The position numbers and the translations under genes are program-made. A stretch of DNA of 64,000 bases from a virus: the IMG/VR virus record IMGVR_UViG_3300050343_000212. One strand, written 5' to 3'. Shown piece by piece: positions 10,801 to 21,822 of the stretch. Below the pieces are notes generated by a model. It worked only from the letters and a program-made list of their open reading frames with translations, had not been told where the DNA came from and made no database searches. Positions within the stretch are counted from its first letter, which is position 1, and every line of letters begins with the position of its first letter.

Positions 10801-13800
10801 CCAACTCCAGTAATATCAAAAGATGTTGGTGTTAATGACAGTGCATTTTCTGCAGTAGCAGCGAACCTTACTCTACCCTCATCAACCTTTATAACATATA
10901 GTGTTTCAGGTAACTTATCAGTAGTTACACCAGAGATTGAGGTAGGTGCGATACTAATTGCTTGAGATGTACCAGATCCAACATGGGAATATTGAAGCTT
11001 TTCACCAGTAACAAAGAAATGGTTTGGAATAGTAACTGTGTCAGCTGTAGTACTAACAGTACTAGTATCACTACCATCAATTACTCTTCTGAAGATCTCA
11101 AGTCCTTTATGTTTGAGACCAAATTGAGATTTAAGATCAAGTTTAGTTCCACGATAACTACCAGCACCTGTTGTAATCTCAAGGTTGTTCATCTTAAGTT
11201 CGGTATCATTAATGAGACCGGGGTAGAGCATCAAATCAATACCAAAGGTTCTGACTTTAACATCTATACCTGGATTCGGGGTGAATGTGATGTTCTTAGT
11301 TGTTGATGTTGATGTTACACCAACCTGTCCAAGAGTACCAGAAGTCCTAGTGTAAGCCCAATCGGTGAGAACCTCATTCCATGTCGAGTTACACATACCC
11401 AACTCAAACATCTCAAGGTCATTATTTGTAGTGTCTTCTACAACTACAATACTATAGTTTGCTGAGTATGGATCATTGTAAGAGGAGATTACGACTGGTA
11501 ATGGTGATCCAGAAGATGCGATAGAAGTATAAGAAGATTTTATTCTACCAGTTCTCAATGTATGATCACCGGTACTCGTACCAACTCCAGAGAACACTGT
11601 CATCTGAGACTGATGTTCAATGCTGCCAGAAGAACTTGGATGATAATCAATCTTGACAAGACCACCGTCAATATAAGAACTATATGTTCCAAAACCAATG
11701 TTCAAGTTGTTAAAACTAGTCTGTATATCACCATACTCAACCATTGATACAGTAGTACCATCATGGACAATATTAATATCTGATGAATGATATTGACCAG
11801 AATGAATTCCAGATGTACCCTTTGCCAAAACACAAAGTTTAGCTGCTTTGTTAGATGTTGGGAAGGAAGCGATTGTTGTGGTAGATCCAAAATTAATATT
11901 TACTTGATCACTCTCTATACTTAAAACATCACCAAGAGAAGTAGATCCCACACCAGCCACACCATCGAGGAGACTGATAGCCACTGTTGCAGTTTGATAT
12001 GCGTTATATTGGAATTTAATTGGATTAAATGTCAGACTCCAACCAGTACCAGATTGAATATAACCATAGAAACCAAGTGGTGGATAAGTTGAAATTGTAC
12101 CATATTCATTAGAGTAACCAATAATACCATTATGAAGCATATTGACAACAGAGAATTGTCTCTCATTTGTAAATACGTCATCCTTAACAAAAGTAAAAAT
12201 CTTATTCAGAATGTAGTTTGATTCAAAATCATCAACCTTAGAAAATTTCTCAGCTCTTTCATTGCTATTGAACTGATCACTAACATCATCGATTGAAAGA
12301 ACTCTGTTACCGACTGACTGGAAGTAATCTGTAAGGAGTCTATTCTCAAAGAAAATTTCATTAGATGCAAGAACACCATTAATATGCTGTGTTCCTTCTG
12401 ATACAAAATCAAAGTTATAATAACAATTCAGATCACCTTCTCCGATGATATCAATAACAACCTCAACATTTGCATCTTCTGATTGAATGATACCTTTACC
12501 TGGATTAGTTTCTTTACTTACTAATTGATAATCAGCAAACTTAGCAAAACCGGCAGTATGACCTAGGTTACTTACTGGATCATTCCACTGATCATACGGA
12601 ACTTTACTTGATAGTGAATATGAGAAGTTCTGATAGTATTCGTTATTAGGAATAACCTGTAGATTATCATTTAAGAAACCAACGTTATCTTGCCAACCAT
12701 GAATAATAGTAGCACCGACACCCGTTGTAATTTCTGCATTAAACTCATACTTCCTCATAACAACGGATTGAGTATTAGAACTCTCACCTCTTATAATCGT
12801 ACCCACTTTAAAGTCCTTAGGGGTATCTACTTTCAATTGATCGAGACTTGATGTCCAAGATTCAACGATACCGGTGTTTTCTCCATTGACTACTTTTTCA
12901 CCATCGAAGTAGTCATTAGTGGTCAGTTTAGCAGTAAAGGTTGGGAAATCATTTTCAGCAACAACCTGACCAAGTGTGGTCAGTGGTTCTACTTTTCCTG
13001 GAAACTCACCATCTTTAAGATGATCTTTGAGACTATACTCAATGTAAGCTCCAGTTCCCCCATACTGTGGAAATATCGTAGTTACTGGGAACAAAGTATA
13101 TTCATATACCGAAGAGTTATATCCCTTTGATGCAGTATTGAGACCAACACTTATATTCTCAATAAGGATGTTACTACCAACATCAAATGGAAAGTCTCTT
13201 TCATCCTGGAATGATTGATTGAGAAGAAGTCTTACAATCTTAGTTGTTGAATCAAATATGATTGATGAGATACCAACACCATTTGTGTTCAGTGTTGGGA
13301 TAATTCTTGGCATAACATCATACATTCCTGTAGTGTTATTCAAAATCTTAACTGTTGTGTCACCGATCTGATATCTCAGATCTACCTCAGGAATAACTTT
13401 ATTAGTGTATCCGTCAATAACTACTAGTTTTGCTGGGTGAAGGTAGTTTCTACCAAACGAAGTGATACCAATAGATTCAAAGGATGTTAGCGACTCCATT
13501 TCCAAAATTTCTGGAAGATTAGCCACAGGTCTTAATGTTTCGTCAGTTGGATAATCAAAACCAATATTGTCAGAATCAAAACGATGATTCAGAATCTTAC
13601 CAATATCTTTAGTTTGAGCATCTAAAATTGCATTAGTTCCAATACCACTATTAACTCCTTTGACATAAGGAAGTTTTGTATATCCACTACCATTACTGAT
13701 CATCTCAATATTAGAGATTGATCCGAAGACTGATTTGGAATCAGTATCATACGTGGGGATTGAATTTTTACTATTGTATAACAGAGACTCTGGAACAGAA

Positions 13801-16800
13801 TCTAATTCATATGTGAATGAAGTTCCACTAGCACCAGTTAGTCTTTGGATACCATCATATCCACTCTTCTCAATATTGATTTGATTATATGGCGAAACCT
13901 CAGTATCAAGGATAAGACCCCTCTGATCAATACTAATAATGTCGATATTGATTGCATCAAACTTATAATAAAGTCTGAAAGGTACATCGTCAGTAATTTC
14001 AATGGTCAGGTTAGCATCAGATGTGATACCAACTGACCCACTACGAGACACTTCAAATTTATTATCTGTCTTAGTTCCAGTAGTGACAAACTCTTTATTG
14101 AACTCTTGATCAAGATATACAAACATCTTGAATGCTGGATACTTCACACCATTCGAAAGGAATGAGAGTGAAGGATCCGAAAGATCAAACTTAAGATTAT
14201 TATTTTTTCTAGTCTTAGTAAGGGGGTTTATCTTGGAGATAGTGCCGCCAAGACCTGTACTTGTAATACCTACAAAGATTGGTTCCTCTTCATTGATCTG
14301 GTACTTATCTTCTACCAGTCTGATTTCATCTCTACTATAAGGAATCACATAGTACATCTTCTCGTTCACCAAACCCCCTGCAGGAGATGAAGATTGGTGA
14401 ACTACTTTATCACCAAGAGAGAACTCATGGTTAGAGATATACAATGTATTGAGTGTAGTGTCAACATTTTCAGAAGTAAAACCAATAGGATTGAATACAA
14501 TTCTTCTATTGAATTGATTAAATCTTACATCAATTGTTTGGATATCAGTTGGTTTGATATTGACTCTTACATTATTATTTGGTCTCAGTCCATGTGTAGT
14601 TGCAGTTGAAACAGTAACAATGTTGCGACTTACCTGAGTTCTTAGAATATCAGATCTTACCGTCTTGAAACTATGATGATCACCTGTTCCTGTATCTCTG
14701 AAAAATAAGAGACCGGTTGTAGTTCCGATACCAACATAGGTACCAGTGGTTGTCATACCAACTTTGTGCGACGAGATACCGATGAAATTATTAGTTAATG
14801 GAGCTACATATAGTTCACTATAATCGGTAAGGTTGGCATCAGAGATACCATTATAAACACCGATTGATGTTCCACCATTCAATGAATAGACAACCTTGTC
14901 ATTCAGTTTCAGACCATGATTTTTGTAGTAGATTGACTGAGGTTCAATGAATAGGGTAGTTGCCCCTATACCTGGGTTTCTGAACGTTACAGGGGTTCCT
15001 ACACCGTTGCCAGTGGTCGTTCCGATACCGACTGCCTCTGGAGGATCAAAGTACAATTCTTCATTTACTCTAAATGACTTATCTGTCGTTAGAGTGCCAA
15101 CATTGATAGTGAACTTTCTTGGATCACCAATCAGAACTTGACCTGTTGAATAGGCAAGACCTACTGTCGATTCCTGTTCCCTGAGGACACGAATTCTCTG
15201 ACTTTCTTCTTCAATATTGAGAACTTTGACTTTTTCTGTTCCAATACCCAGAATGTCATTTGGTCTAATAAATGGAAACTTTAAAGCCCCACCAACATAT
15301 AAGTATGTGGCAATACCAGTTGCAGATGCTGTCCCAATGCCAAGAATGGTAACAAAAGTTTCTGATCTTACTCCAACATTATATGGTCCATCAAAACCTT
15401 TGTAGTAGTTGGAGAGACCACTGACATTGACTAATTCTTGGTCCTGATAGTTGTGTGGTTGTGAGCTGAAACCAATAAACTGTTGGAGACCAAAGTATTT
15501 GATAAACTCAACATTTGGAGTTAGAGTAGTAGCGATACTTACAGTGTTTATTTCTTTACCATTAACATAACTGACTCTTGCCTGAGCACCTTTACCATCT
15601 GATTGTTTATTATCAAAGATAACTCTTTCACCAACCTGATAGTTTCTGCCACCAGTAAAGATACCAACTCCACTGATAGATCCAGGATTAGTACCCGTTA
15701 CTTCTATGGTTTGTCTTTTAATTTTGTTAGAATTAAAGATGTAATCATATCCACTATAGAGGTTATTAGTATTATATGACCTTGTATTTCTGAACCACTC
15801 ATTTTTTTGAATGTCATAGTCTGTTTGGTTTGATTCTACACTATAGTTAAACTCAATTCTCTTGGAATGAAATGTATCTCCAATAATATATGGGAACTGT
15901 GGTTTTTTATAGTTCCTAAATGGACCTTGAGCCTCAACATTTGGTTCTAACGTCGTAAAGTACGCATAGACCCCTTCAGGATAGTCTGGAGTGACACAGA
16001 ACCTACCATTATGAACATCTAGGTCACCAACACCAGTAAACTGAAAATCTTCAATAAAGAATCCTTGTGGGTATATACTGGGAGAAGGTCTATTGGTAAG
16101 GTTGACATTCAACTCATAACCACTTCTCATCTGTTTGATTACACCACCCTCAGGAGTGGAATACCCATAAGGACCGTAGATTGGAGTTCCATCATATGCC
16201 CAACCAATAATTGGTGAGTGATGACTGTTAGATATCTCAATACCATTAGATTTCTCTAAGTCGGCAATACCATAGAATGAATCACCATTGTTCTTTAGAA
16301 CATAAGTTGACTCTCTAAGTTCTCTCGGTGTGTATAGGTGACAGTATTCTGTTTTATCACCAGCAAGATTCTCATCAACAAATCCGTCGTCATTATTGAC
16401 AAACTCATTGTTTCTTTCAAAAAGGTTAATACTCCACTCATTGATCTTTGATTCTACGTCGCATCCTTTACCAGGATTGGCAATTGCAATAGAAGTTTGA
16501 CCATCGACATAACCAATACCAGGGTTTATGATATTTACATCTACAAGTTTTCCATTTTCAATAATGGGAGTGAGTTTCGCATACTTACCATTTCCAATGA
16601 TTATCAGATCTGGTGGAGAAATATATTCTCTTCCTGAATTATCAATGATGATATCGACAAACCGGCCGTTGTTAATGACAGGTTTGATTTGAGCTTGTTG
16701 TCCACCCTCAAATAAAATTTCAGGTTCTCTGTTCAGATTGATAATTTCTGAAGAACCATACTGAGAACCACGATTGGTAATGTCAATAGAATCAATAGAA

Positions 16801-19800
16801 CCTCTGAAGGCAGGTTGTATTTTACATTGGAAGTCTTGACCATTGCGTTCGGTAATTCTAGTTATACCATTAATATTAACAGTAATTGGTTCATAATTGA
16901 AAGTGCCATCACCCACTCCTTTAATATCAACATAGACACCATTATTAAATTCAGATTTGGAATCACTGAGACGGAAATTGTCTGAATCAATCTTGATTAC
17001 AAAGTAATTTGTATTCTCTAAAATCCCTTGCACTGCAGTTGATCCTGAGGTATACTGAATTATTTCACCCGTCTCAAAACCATGATTATCAATCTTGAAT
17101 GAATCTGTAGCAGTAACTACACCAACAATTAATCTCTTTTTATTCTTATATCCTTCACCAGAATCAGTTACAACAATATTACTTACAATCTTTTTAGTTT
17201 TTGCCGAATACAAAGATTGAGTTCCCTGTCCAAATGTATTATTGAAGGTAATCGTATTGATACCTAACTGAGAATCTTTTTCATTAGTGTGGAGGGATAT
17301 CCTAAAGTTATCAATTACGTTAGCAAAGTAAGTTGTATTAGTGGACAGTCCACCAATAGATCTCATTTCTTTTGAATCATAAACGATTTCCTCGTTCTGT
17401 GAAAACTTATGAAATGATGAGAATCCAATAGTATTGTTTCCAATGTTTACATTACCATTGAATTCAGTATTAATATTGACAGAATATGAAATCTCAACCA
17501 ATGAAGTTTCAGCCTTTGCAGGTCTAATTGGATTGCCACCGGTAATTGATATTGTAGGAGTTTCCAAGAAGTCAAAACCTTGATCTACAATATCAATTCT
17601 TTCTAATGAACCTTCAACAGCAACAACACCTGTAGCTCCTATGCCAATATTATCCCTAATAGTAAGTCTAGGTGGGTTGACAACATCATAACCAGAACCA
17701 CCGGCAGTCACAATTAGATTTTTAATTGGTCCATAGAAGATGGTATCTTCTGACTTATAGTTCAGAAGTTCAACACCATTAAGGAATATTCCATTATAAC
17801 CTGGAAGAGTTTTGAACTGACCAGCTTCTCTGATTGGTTCAATGATCTTTCTGTAGATCCCTTGTGGTGCAATGGTTTTGTTGTAGAAACTAAAGTAAGT
17901 GAAGACGTTATTGTTGACAGATCCACCTAGATTTGCAAATACATTCCTGAATAAATCTGATCTACTTCTTGAAAGTTTGACAGAAGTATTATTAATTTTC
18001 TTAATATAGAAAACACCTGATTCTGTTCCCTCAAATTTACTTTCAGTTGTTGTTGTGATGGGGATTCCATCAGCATTAATCGTTGTATTTGTTATTACAC
18101 CTGGTTGATAATAAACCGCATCACCAGTATAGAAACCATGAGGTAAACCAAAGTTGATTATGTTATCTGTGGCAAAACCACTAAAATTCAGAGTCTTATC
18201 ATATGGATCAAGACCTAGATCACCATAAGATGGGAGTGAGTTGGTTGCAATCAGTAAATCAGTATTGAAGTTTGAATAAGTATTCTGAACGTTAGCAGTG
18301 TACTTTTCAAGGAAACTATACTTTGGAGAGAAAACTTTAAGTAGTTGATTCTCAAAACTATAAACCTTGTTCAGATCAATTGATGAATTTGCCTTTATAG
18401 TAAATGATTTCTTACTTCCAATATCAATAATTGAAGCATCGAGATTGCCACCAGTATTGTCACTTAATATTATTTTATATCCTACCTTCAATGTGTGATC
18501 GTCGAATGTCGTCACATCATACTTAAGTTCAGAAATGTCAGTAATAATGATGCTGGAGACATCATACCTTGACTTATTGTTGACTAACCAATCAGATCCT
18601 CTTATTGACTCATCTTCAATACCAAATGACTTGATATTAATGGTGTCTCTCTTATTGTAGAAACCACTATCCTGAATCTTAAGATCTTTCAGTGTGGAAG
18701 TGATCCTTACTCTGACTTCGTTATCAGTACCTAAACCAACATAAGAATGAGAATAATCATCGAGATCTACATCGGTCTTCTCACTGAGTATAGCATTAAC
18801 TCCACTCACATTTAAGAACTGAGTGACAGACTTTCCTGTGTATACTATCGATACTATATTGCTATCACTATCAAGTATCTCTAACTTTCCTGATTCAGGG
18901 AAACTTACAGTAGAGTCAACATCCATGATTGTTGCACCAACTGCAACAGTGTTCAGGAGTTTTGTTTTAGGATTTGGTTTGAACTTACCGTAAGTTGTAC
19001 CAGTTACATTAACATCTCTATCATATCCAGAGTCAATACTCAGTTGATAGTAGTCACCATCATTATATTGAATTTTACGGACATTGTTGACTGTACCACG
19101 AGCTTGTGTTGAATTCTGAAATAATGTAAGGTTTTTGAGTTGCAGTGGATCACCAATATAACTCTTTACAACAATATCTTCTGTTACATTATAGTTTGAG
19201 CTAGATGGTTTGAGCAGGAATCTACTTGGGCGAATGATATCAACAGTCTCACCAAATAGAGCCTTAAACAGAATCTTATATGATAAGTCTGTTCCTTTCG
19301 ACTTATAAAAACTATTACTATTGATAATAAAATTCTTTGGATTCGTCTTCAGTGTTCTATCACCGAACCCAGGGCTTACTTGTGCCTTTAACTTTCTAAA
19401 AAACTCCTGAAGAAACAAGACATTCAGGTTTTGAATTATAGCACCTTTCTTGTGATTGGTGGGTGTAGTTTGACTTGAGAAGGATAGTCTGTCTGGTGTA
19501 TTGGCAGAAGTATGTGAAGTGGTGCCACTAAATCCTCTCTGGCATCCTTCAAAGTTAAGATTAGTCTTTGAATTATATGCAATAATTTCATCATCAATTT
19601 TAATCAGTCCATTATTATCAACAAATCCTTCAGTAAAATTACCATCGACACCAGTAACAATTGTATCATCTACACTACTAATATCAACCTGAAGAACGGT
19701 AGAAGATTTTAGACCAGTAAGCTGATCAATATTGACATATTTGTCAATATTTTGAAGAAGATCTAATGTCGCACCTTGAGTTTCCTGTGAAACATAATAC

Positions 19801-19898
19801 TGTTCCAGAAACTCTGATAGGAGAGGAAAATCATCTCTGATAAAAGAAGGAAGTTGGCTGGCAACTATATCCTGGAATTTTACTCTATCTACTGACAT
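7872..19898 (-). CDS. gp7: Giant baseplate wedge protein (gp7-like, baseplate wedge initiator), 4008 aa
   Basis: Directly follows gp6; N-terminus VASQLPSFIRDDFPLLSEFLEQYY typical of cyanomyovirus gp7-like proteins; many IxxxGSGY beta repeats and HGFxxG modules; partial YHYH-like segment. Confidence 0.7.
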   Translation of the reverse strand: MSVDRVKFQDIVASQLPSFIRDDFPLLSEFLEQYYVSQETQGATLDLLQNIDKYVNIDQLTGLKSSTVLQVDISSVDDTIVTGVDGNFTEGFVDNNGLIKIDDEIIAYNSKTNLNFEGCQRGFSGTTSHTSANTPDRLSFSSQTTPTNHKKGAIIQNLNVLFLQEFFRKLKAQVSPGFGDRTLKTNPKNFIINSNSFYKSKGTDLSYKILFKALFGETVDIIRPSRFLLKPSSSNYNVTEDIVVKSYIGDPLQLKNLTLFQNSTQARGTVNNVRKIQYNDGDYYQLSIDSGYDRDVNVTGTTYGKFKPNPKTKLLNTVAVGATIMDVDSTVSFPESGKLEILDSDSNIVSIVYTGKSVTQFLNVSGVNAILSEKTDVDLDDYSHSYVGLGTDNEVRVRITSTLKDLKIQDSGFYNKRDTINIKSFGIEDESIRGSDWLVNNKSRYDVSSIIITDISELKYDVTTFDDHTLKVGYKIILSDNTGGNLDASIIDIGSKKSFTIKANSSIDLNKVYSFENQLLKVFSPKYSFLEKYTANVQNTYSNFNTDLLIATNSLPSYGDLGLDPYDKTLNFSGFATDNIINFGLPHGFYTGDAVYYQPGVITNTTINADGIPITTTTESKFEGTESGVFYIKKINNTSVKLSRSRSDLFRNVFANLGGSVNNNVFTYFSFYNKTIAPQGIYRKIIEPIREAGQFKTLPGYNGIFLNGVELLNYKSEDTIFYGPIKNLIVTAGGSGYDVVNPPRLTIRDNIGIGATGVVAVEGSLERIDIVDQGFDFLETPTISITGGNPIRPAKAETSLVEISYSVNINTEFNGNVNIGNNTIGFSSFHKFSQNEEIVYDSKEMRSIGGLSTNTTYFANVIDNFRISLHTNEKDSQLGINTITFNNTFGQGTQSLYSAKTKKIVSNIVVTDSGEGYKNKKRLIVGVVTATDSFKIDNHGFETGEIIQYTSGSTAVQGILENTNYFVIKIDSDNFRLSDSKSEFNNGVYVDIKGVGDGTFNYEPITVNINGITRITERNGQDFQCKIQPAFRGSIDSIDITNRGSQYGSSEIINLNREPEILFEGGQQAQIKPVINNGRFVDIIIDNSGREYISPPDLIIIGNGKYAKLTPIIENGKLVDVNIINPGIGYVDGQTSIAIANPGKGCDVESKINEWSINLFERNNEFVNNDDGFVDENLAGDKTEYCHLYTPRELRESTYVLKNNGDSFYGIADLEKSNGIEISNSHHSPIIGWAYDGTPIYGPYGYSTPEGGVIKQMRSGYELNVNLTNRPSPSIYPQGFFIEDFQFTGVGDLDVHNGRFCVTPDYPEGVYAYFTTLEPNVEAQGPFRNYKKPQFPYIIGDTFHSKRIEFNYSVESNQTDYDIQKNEWFRNTRSYNTNNLYSGYDYIFNSNKIKRQTIEVTGTNPGSISGVGIFTGGRNYQVGERVIFDNKQSDGKGAQARVSYVNGKEINTVSIATTLTPNVEFIKYFGLQQFIGFSSQPHNYQDQELVNVSGLSNYYKGFDGPYNVGVRSETFVTILGIGTASATGIATYLYVGGALKFPFIRPNDILGIGTEKVKVLNIEEESQRIRVLREQESTVGLAYSTGQVLIGDPRKFTINVGTLTTDKSFRVNEELYFDPPEAVGIGTTTGNGVGTPVTFRNPGIGATTLFIEPQSIYYKNHGLKLNDKVVYSLNGGTSIGVYNGISDANLTDYSELYVAPLTNNFIGISSHKVGMTTTGTYVGIGTTTGLLFFRDTGTGDHHSFKTVRSDILRTQVSRNIVTVSTATTHGLRPNNNVRVNIKPTDIQTIDVRFNQFNRRIVFNPIGFTSENVDTTLNTLYISNHEFSLGDKVVHQSSSPAGGLVNEKMYYVIPYSRDEIRLVEDKYQINEEEPIFVGITSTGLGGTISKINPLTKTRKNNNLKFDLSDPSLSFLSNGVKYPAFKMFVYLDQEFNKEFVTTGTKTDNKFEVSRSGSVGITSDANLTIEITDDVPFRLYYKFDAINIDIISIDQRGLILDTEVSPYNQINIEKSGYDGIQRLTGASGTSFTYELDSVPESLLYNSKNSIPTYDTDSKSVFGSISNIEMISNGSGYTKLPYVKGVNSGIGTNAILDAQTKDIGKILNHRFDSDNIGFDYPTDETLRPVANLPEILEMESLTSFESIGITSFGRNYLHPAKLVVIDGYTNKVIPEVDLRYQIGDTTVKILNNTTGMYDVMPRIIPTLNTNGVGISSIIFDSTTKIVRLLLNQSFQDERDFPFDVGSNILIENISVGLNTASKGYNSSVYEYTLFPVTTIFPQYGGTGAYIEYSLKDHLKDGEFPGKVEPLTTLGQVVAENDFPTFTAKLTTNDYFDGEKVVNGENTGIVESWTSSLDQLKVDTPKDFKVGTIIRGESSNTQSVVMRKYEFNAEITTGVGATIIHGWQDNVGFLNDNLQVIPNNEYYQNFSYSLSSKVPYDQWNDPVSNLGHTAGFAKFADYQLVSKETNPGKGIIQSEDANVEVVIDIIGEGDLNCYYNFDFVSEGTQHINGVLASNEIFFENRLLTDYFQSVGNRVLSIDDVSDQFNSNERAEKFSKVDDFESNYILNKIFTFVKDDVFTNERQFSVVNMLHNGIIGYSNEYGTISTYPPLGFYGYIQSGTGWSLTFNPIKFQYNAYQTATVAISLLDGVAGVGSTSLGDVLSIESDQVNINFGSTTTIASFPTSNKAAKLCVLAKGTSGIHSGQYHSSDINIVHDGTTVSMVEYGDIQTSFNNLNIGFGTYSSYIDGGLVKIDYHPSSSGSIEHQSQMTVFSGVGTSTGDHTLRTGRIKSSYTSIASSGSPLPVVISSYNDPYSANYSIVVVEDTTNNDLEMFELGMCNSTWNEVLTDWAYTRTSGTLGQVGVTSTSTTKNITFTPNPGIDVKVRTFGIDLMLYPGLINDTELKMNNLEITTGAGSYRGTKLDLKSQFGLKHKGLEIFRRVIDGSDTSTVSTTADTVTIPNHFFVTGEKLQYSHVGSGTSQAISIAPTSISGVTTDKLPETLYVIKVDEGRVRFAATAENALSLTPTSFDITGVGIGNSHVFTSTNQNAKALIAVDNMIQSPITETSITTDLNQDIIFDTIFDVTGITSFASGDIVRVDDEYMIADAVGIAGSTRFGVRRAQLGTGIGLHTTGATITKITGSYNITGSTVNFSSSPYGKTPLSTTATADPDSRDWTGITTSSSFQGRTFMRRSGAGRTEDTYSNNYVFDDISNKFNGIGTVFTLQNNGNNTTGYSTDNGIILLNNIFQVPKGSQVGDGTYQMEESVGVTSISFTGVGIAATNGYDPNSGDVPIGGLIISVGSESGFGYQPLVSAGGTVTVSATGSITNVSIANSGSGYRAGIQTVVNVGVQTDGEPNLQFIGTAAISGGNIVSVNITNPGSGYTSTNPPSVVFDEPLSYSNIPVEYSGNAGAGNSATVNIVVGQGSSVIDFEFRYGGYGYGEGEVLTVPVGGPTGIPTDPSLAFEEFQITIDEVFTDKFNGISIGQLQVLDKFDNLFNGSDKDFRLLIDGEPVSIQSAKGSNIEVDQTLLIFLNDILQEPGKSYIFNGGSTIKFAESPKVGDTSKVLFYKGSGDVDVIFTNVLETVKVGDTLDINNFPPDQTIIFDQEPRTVTGINTLDSVQTVTYLNPGITSDRSVLRPVTWCKQTSDKIINGQPIGKNRVKYEPFVQPTSYLIQPVGLGSTEAYVDNVRPLFDSNNESQIRSFQREITLTSQDNIVGASGTAIVSTSGIITSISITNSGVGYTVAPSVTIGSYSGVSESTATAAISGGQVTSVTITDGGSGYSDVPVVLFEQPKLIQEKINVSSYEGDYGTLVGFGTTTVGNDTRVIFDFFIDSQSFLRDTKYVGTAITVSGISTGDFFTIYNSNIGDDTFVSMSNDNTTIVGITTINIDGIWCVKDAQTLTTNVIGIGNTVVRRVFCNISGLSTASFSSTFLTFDSTLFTYDTQEVEVFTGGISSSFSFGKFSWGKINFEPRISSREFNSYNNNGYVGISSAGLVQRTNPLKFVNYI

Positions 19899-19904
19899 TA
19901 TTTT

Positions 19905-21821
19905 TTATCGTGTGAGTGATCCGTTTGAATAGCTTGAAGTTACTGTATATGATCCACCTGATATATCACTACCTGAGGAAACCTGATCAGGAACCATGTT
20001 CACTGTCAAATTTGAGGTATCCATCTGTAGATAGAGATCACGAAGACCAAGAACATCATTAGAGTATGGACAGGATGAAACTTCAATGAGAGAAGTTCCA
20101 CGAGTTACTTCAGTTGAAATAACATTAAGTGGGTTGAGTTTAATTAATCCTGTTATGTAATCAATCGTTCCAATGTTTCTTTTCAGAATCACTGGTTCAG
20201 TTGGTGAATCCAACTTAAACATAAAGATTGTTCCAGTGGTGAGATTTGCATTAGGTGCATCACTCATGTATACTGTTCCAGCTATACCACTTACTGAGAA
20301 ACCAGAAGTTTTAATGTTAAATCCAAGTTCACTTTTTACATGAATGCGATTACCAAATGTTAGACTATATTCAATAAATTGATTTAGTATAGCCTGTAGG
20401 TCTCTCCTCATCTTCACAGTAGTAATATTTGAGGTAATTGAATCATGACTATCGTCAATGATCTTACCAAACTTACTATACTTGAACCTTGCCCCAAACT
20501 TATTTAACTGAGTAGAATCAGAGTACTTTATGATATTATTTGTTACTACGTTCCTGACTTGGGAAGGACCAGGTGCTAGGTTTGAATTATAATATACGTT
20601 AGTATCGATCTCAATAAACAGATAATTGAGATCGATAATCTCAGTAATGATACCAGCTACCGAATACTTAGCAAGTTCTAGTTTGAGGTTCCTTTTAATT
20701 TCCTCAGATAAGAATACACCATTGAATGGTTTAATACTGACAAATACCTTACCATACTGTGGGGGATTCAGTTCTTCACCACCATATGCCGCAACTGATT
20801 CTGCTTCAGTATAGATTCTGGGGACAAGTGACTCAAAATCAGTTGATGTTACAGCTCTGTCTTGAGATGCATAGATGTTAGGTGCTAGTTTCTTAATTGA
20901 CTCAACACTCTCGATCTCATCACCACCAAGAGCCGATTCATTGATTGTGAGACCAGAAACACCACTAGCTAGTGGGCTTCCGTTATTATCTTCTATTCTA
21001 CCAATAAATGTCAGATTGGAGATACCGTTTGGTGATGATCCACTACATGTCAGATATTGAACTACAACTTGATTTGGTTCTTGTAACTTAGTTCCAAATA
21101 TACCATCACCAAACAATAATTCATATCTCTCACCTTCTGTTTCTCTTAGGAAGAATAGTGGTGTATCCTTATCTGCATTGATAAGACTAGTATATTGACT
21201 ATATTTTCTCGATACTGTTGAGTTAGAATTAACCTTTACTGATACTCTAATAGAGTCTGTATCAATACCTGTATTTGGTAAGATGTATTTTTGATTTGGT
21301 AATCTTGACTGAACATCATATGTTTGATTCAGGAACGAACCCTCATATACATCAACGTTATCAAATACAGCAAATCCTGTTGAATCTACCGGTACAGTGA
21401 TATCCTCCATTATACAAAATGTAAATGAAGAATTATTGAACGTGGAACCAGATAGTGCCACAGCCCCAGCTTTCAGTGTTACTGATACAACACTAGTCTT
21501 AGTATCACCCGATCCTCTTAGGTCAACCTCAAAGGAGATGTTTGATCTTGACGACTTCCTTGAACGAGGAAGGTAACCAATGTTTCGTGCGATTGATACA
21601 ACATTCTCTCTTAATGTTGCACTGTCAAGGAACACCTCATTCGATACCATGTTGGCATTGTATGAGGAGATATAACTGTTATATGCTAACGTGTCTATTA
21701 TTGTCGATAGATTTGATCCCTCAAAATCATAATCCGTAAAGTTGGAATTTGATCTGAGATAATCTTTGATGGATTGTTTAATCTCATCAAAATCGACATT
21801 GCTGAAGTTTACTAAGGGCAT
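19905..21821 (-). CDS. gp6: Baseplate wedge subunit gp6
   Basis: DFDEIKQSIKDYLR...FTDYDFEGSNLSTIIDTLAYN; QDRAVTSTDFE; YGGEELNPPQYGKVFVSIKP. Confidence 0.92.
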   Translation of the reverse strand: MPLVNFSNVDFDEIKQSIKDYLRSNSNFTDYDFEGSNLSTIIDTLAYNSYISSYNANMVSNEVFLDSATLRENVVSIARNIGYLPRSRKSSRSNISFEVDLRGSGDTKTSVVSVTLKAGAVALSGSTFNNSSFTFCIMEDITVPVDSTGFAVFDNVDVYEGSFLNQTYDVQSRLPNQKYILPNTGIDTDSIRVSVKVNSNSTVSRKYSQYTSLINADKDTPLFFLRETEGERYELLFGDGIFGTKLQEPNQVVVQYLTCSGSSPNGISNLTFIGRIEDNNGSPLASGVSGLTINESALGGDEIESVESIKKLAPNIYASQDRAVTSTDFESLVPRIYTEAESVAAYGGEELNPPQYGKVFVSIKPFNGVFLSEEIKRNLKLELAKYSVAGIITEIIDLNYLFIEIDTNVYYNSNLAPGPSQVRNVVTNNIIKYSDSTQLNKFGARFKYSKFGKIIDDSHDSITSNITTVKMRRDLQAILNQFIEYSLTFGNRIHVKSELGFNIKTSGFSVSGIAGTVYMSDAPNANLTTGTIFMFKLDSPTEPVILKRNIGTIDYITGLIKLNPLNVISTEVTRGTSLIEVSSCPYSNDVLGLRDLYLQMDTSNLTVNMVPDQVSSGSDISGGSYTVTSSYSNGSLTR

Positions 21822-21822
21822 C

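Noticed and set aside
7872-19898. Intein or intron within the giant ORF
   Set aside because: No intein splice motifs or homing-endonuclease signatures recognised; length is explained by structural repeats
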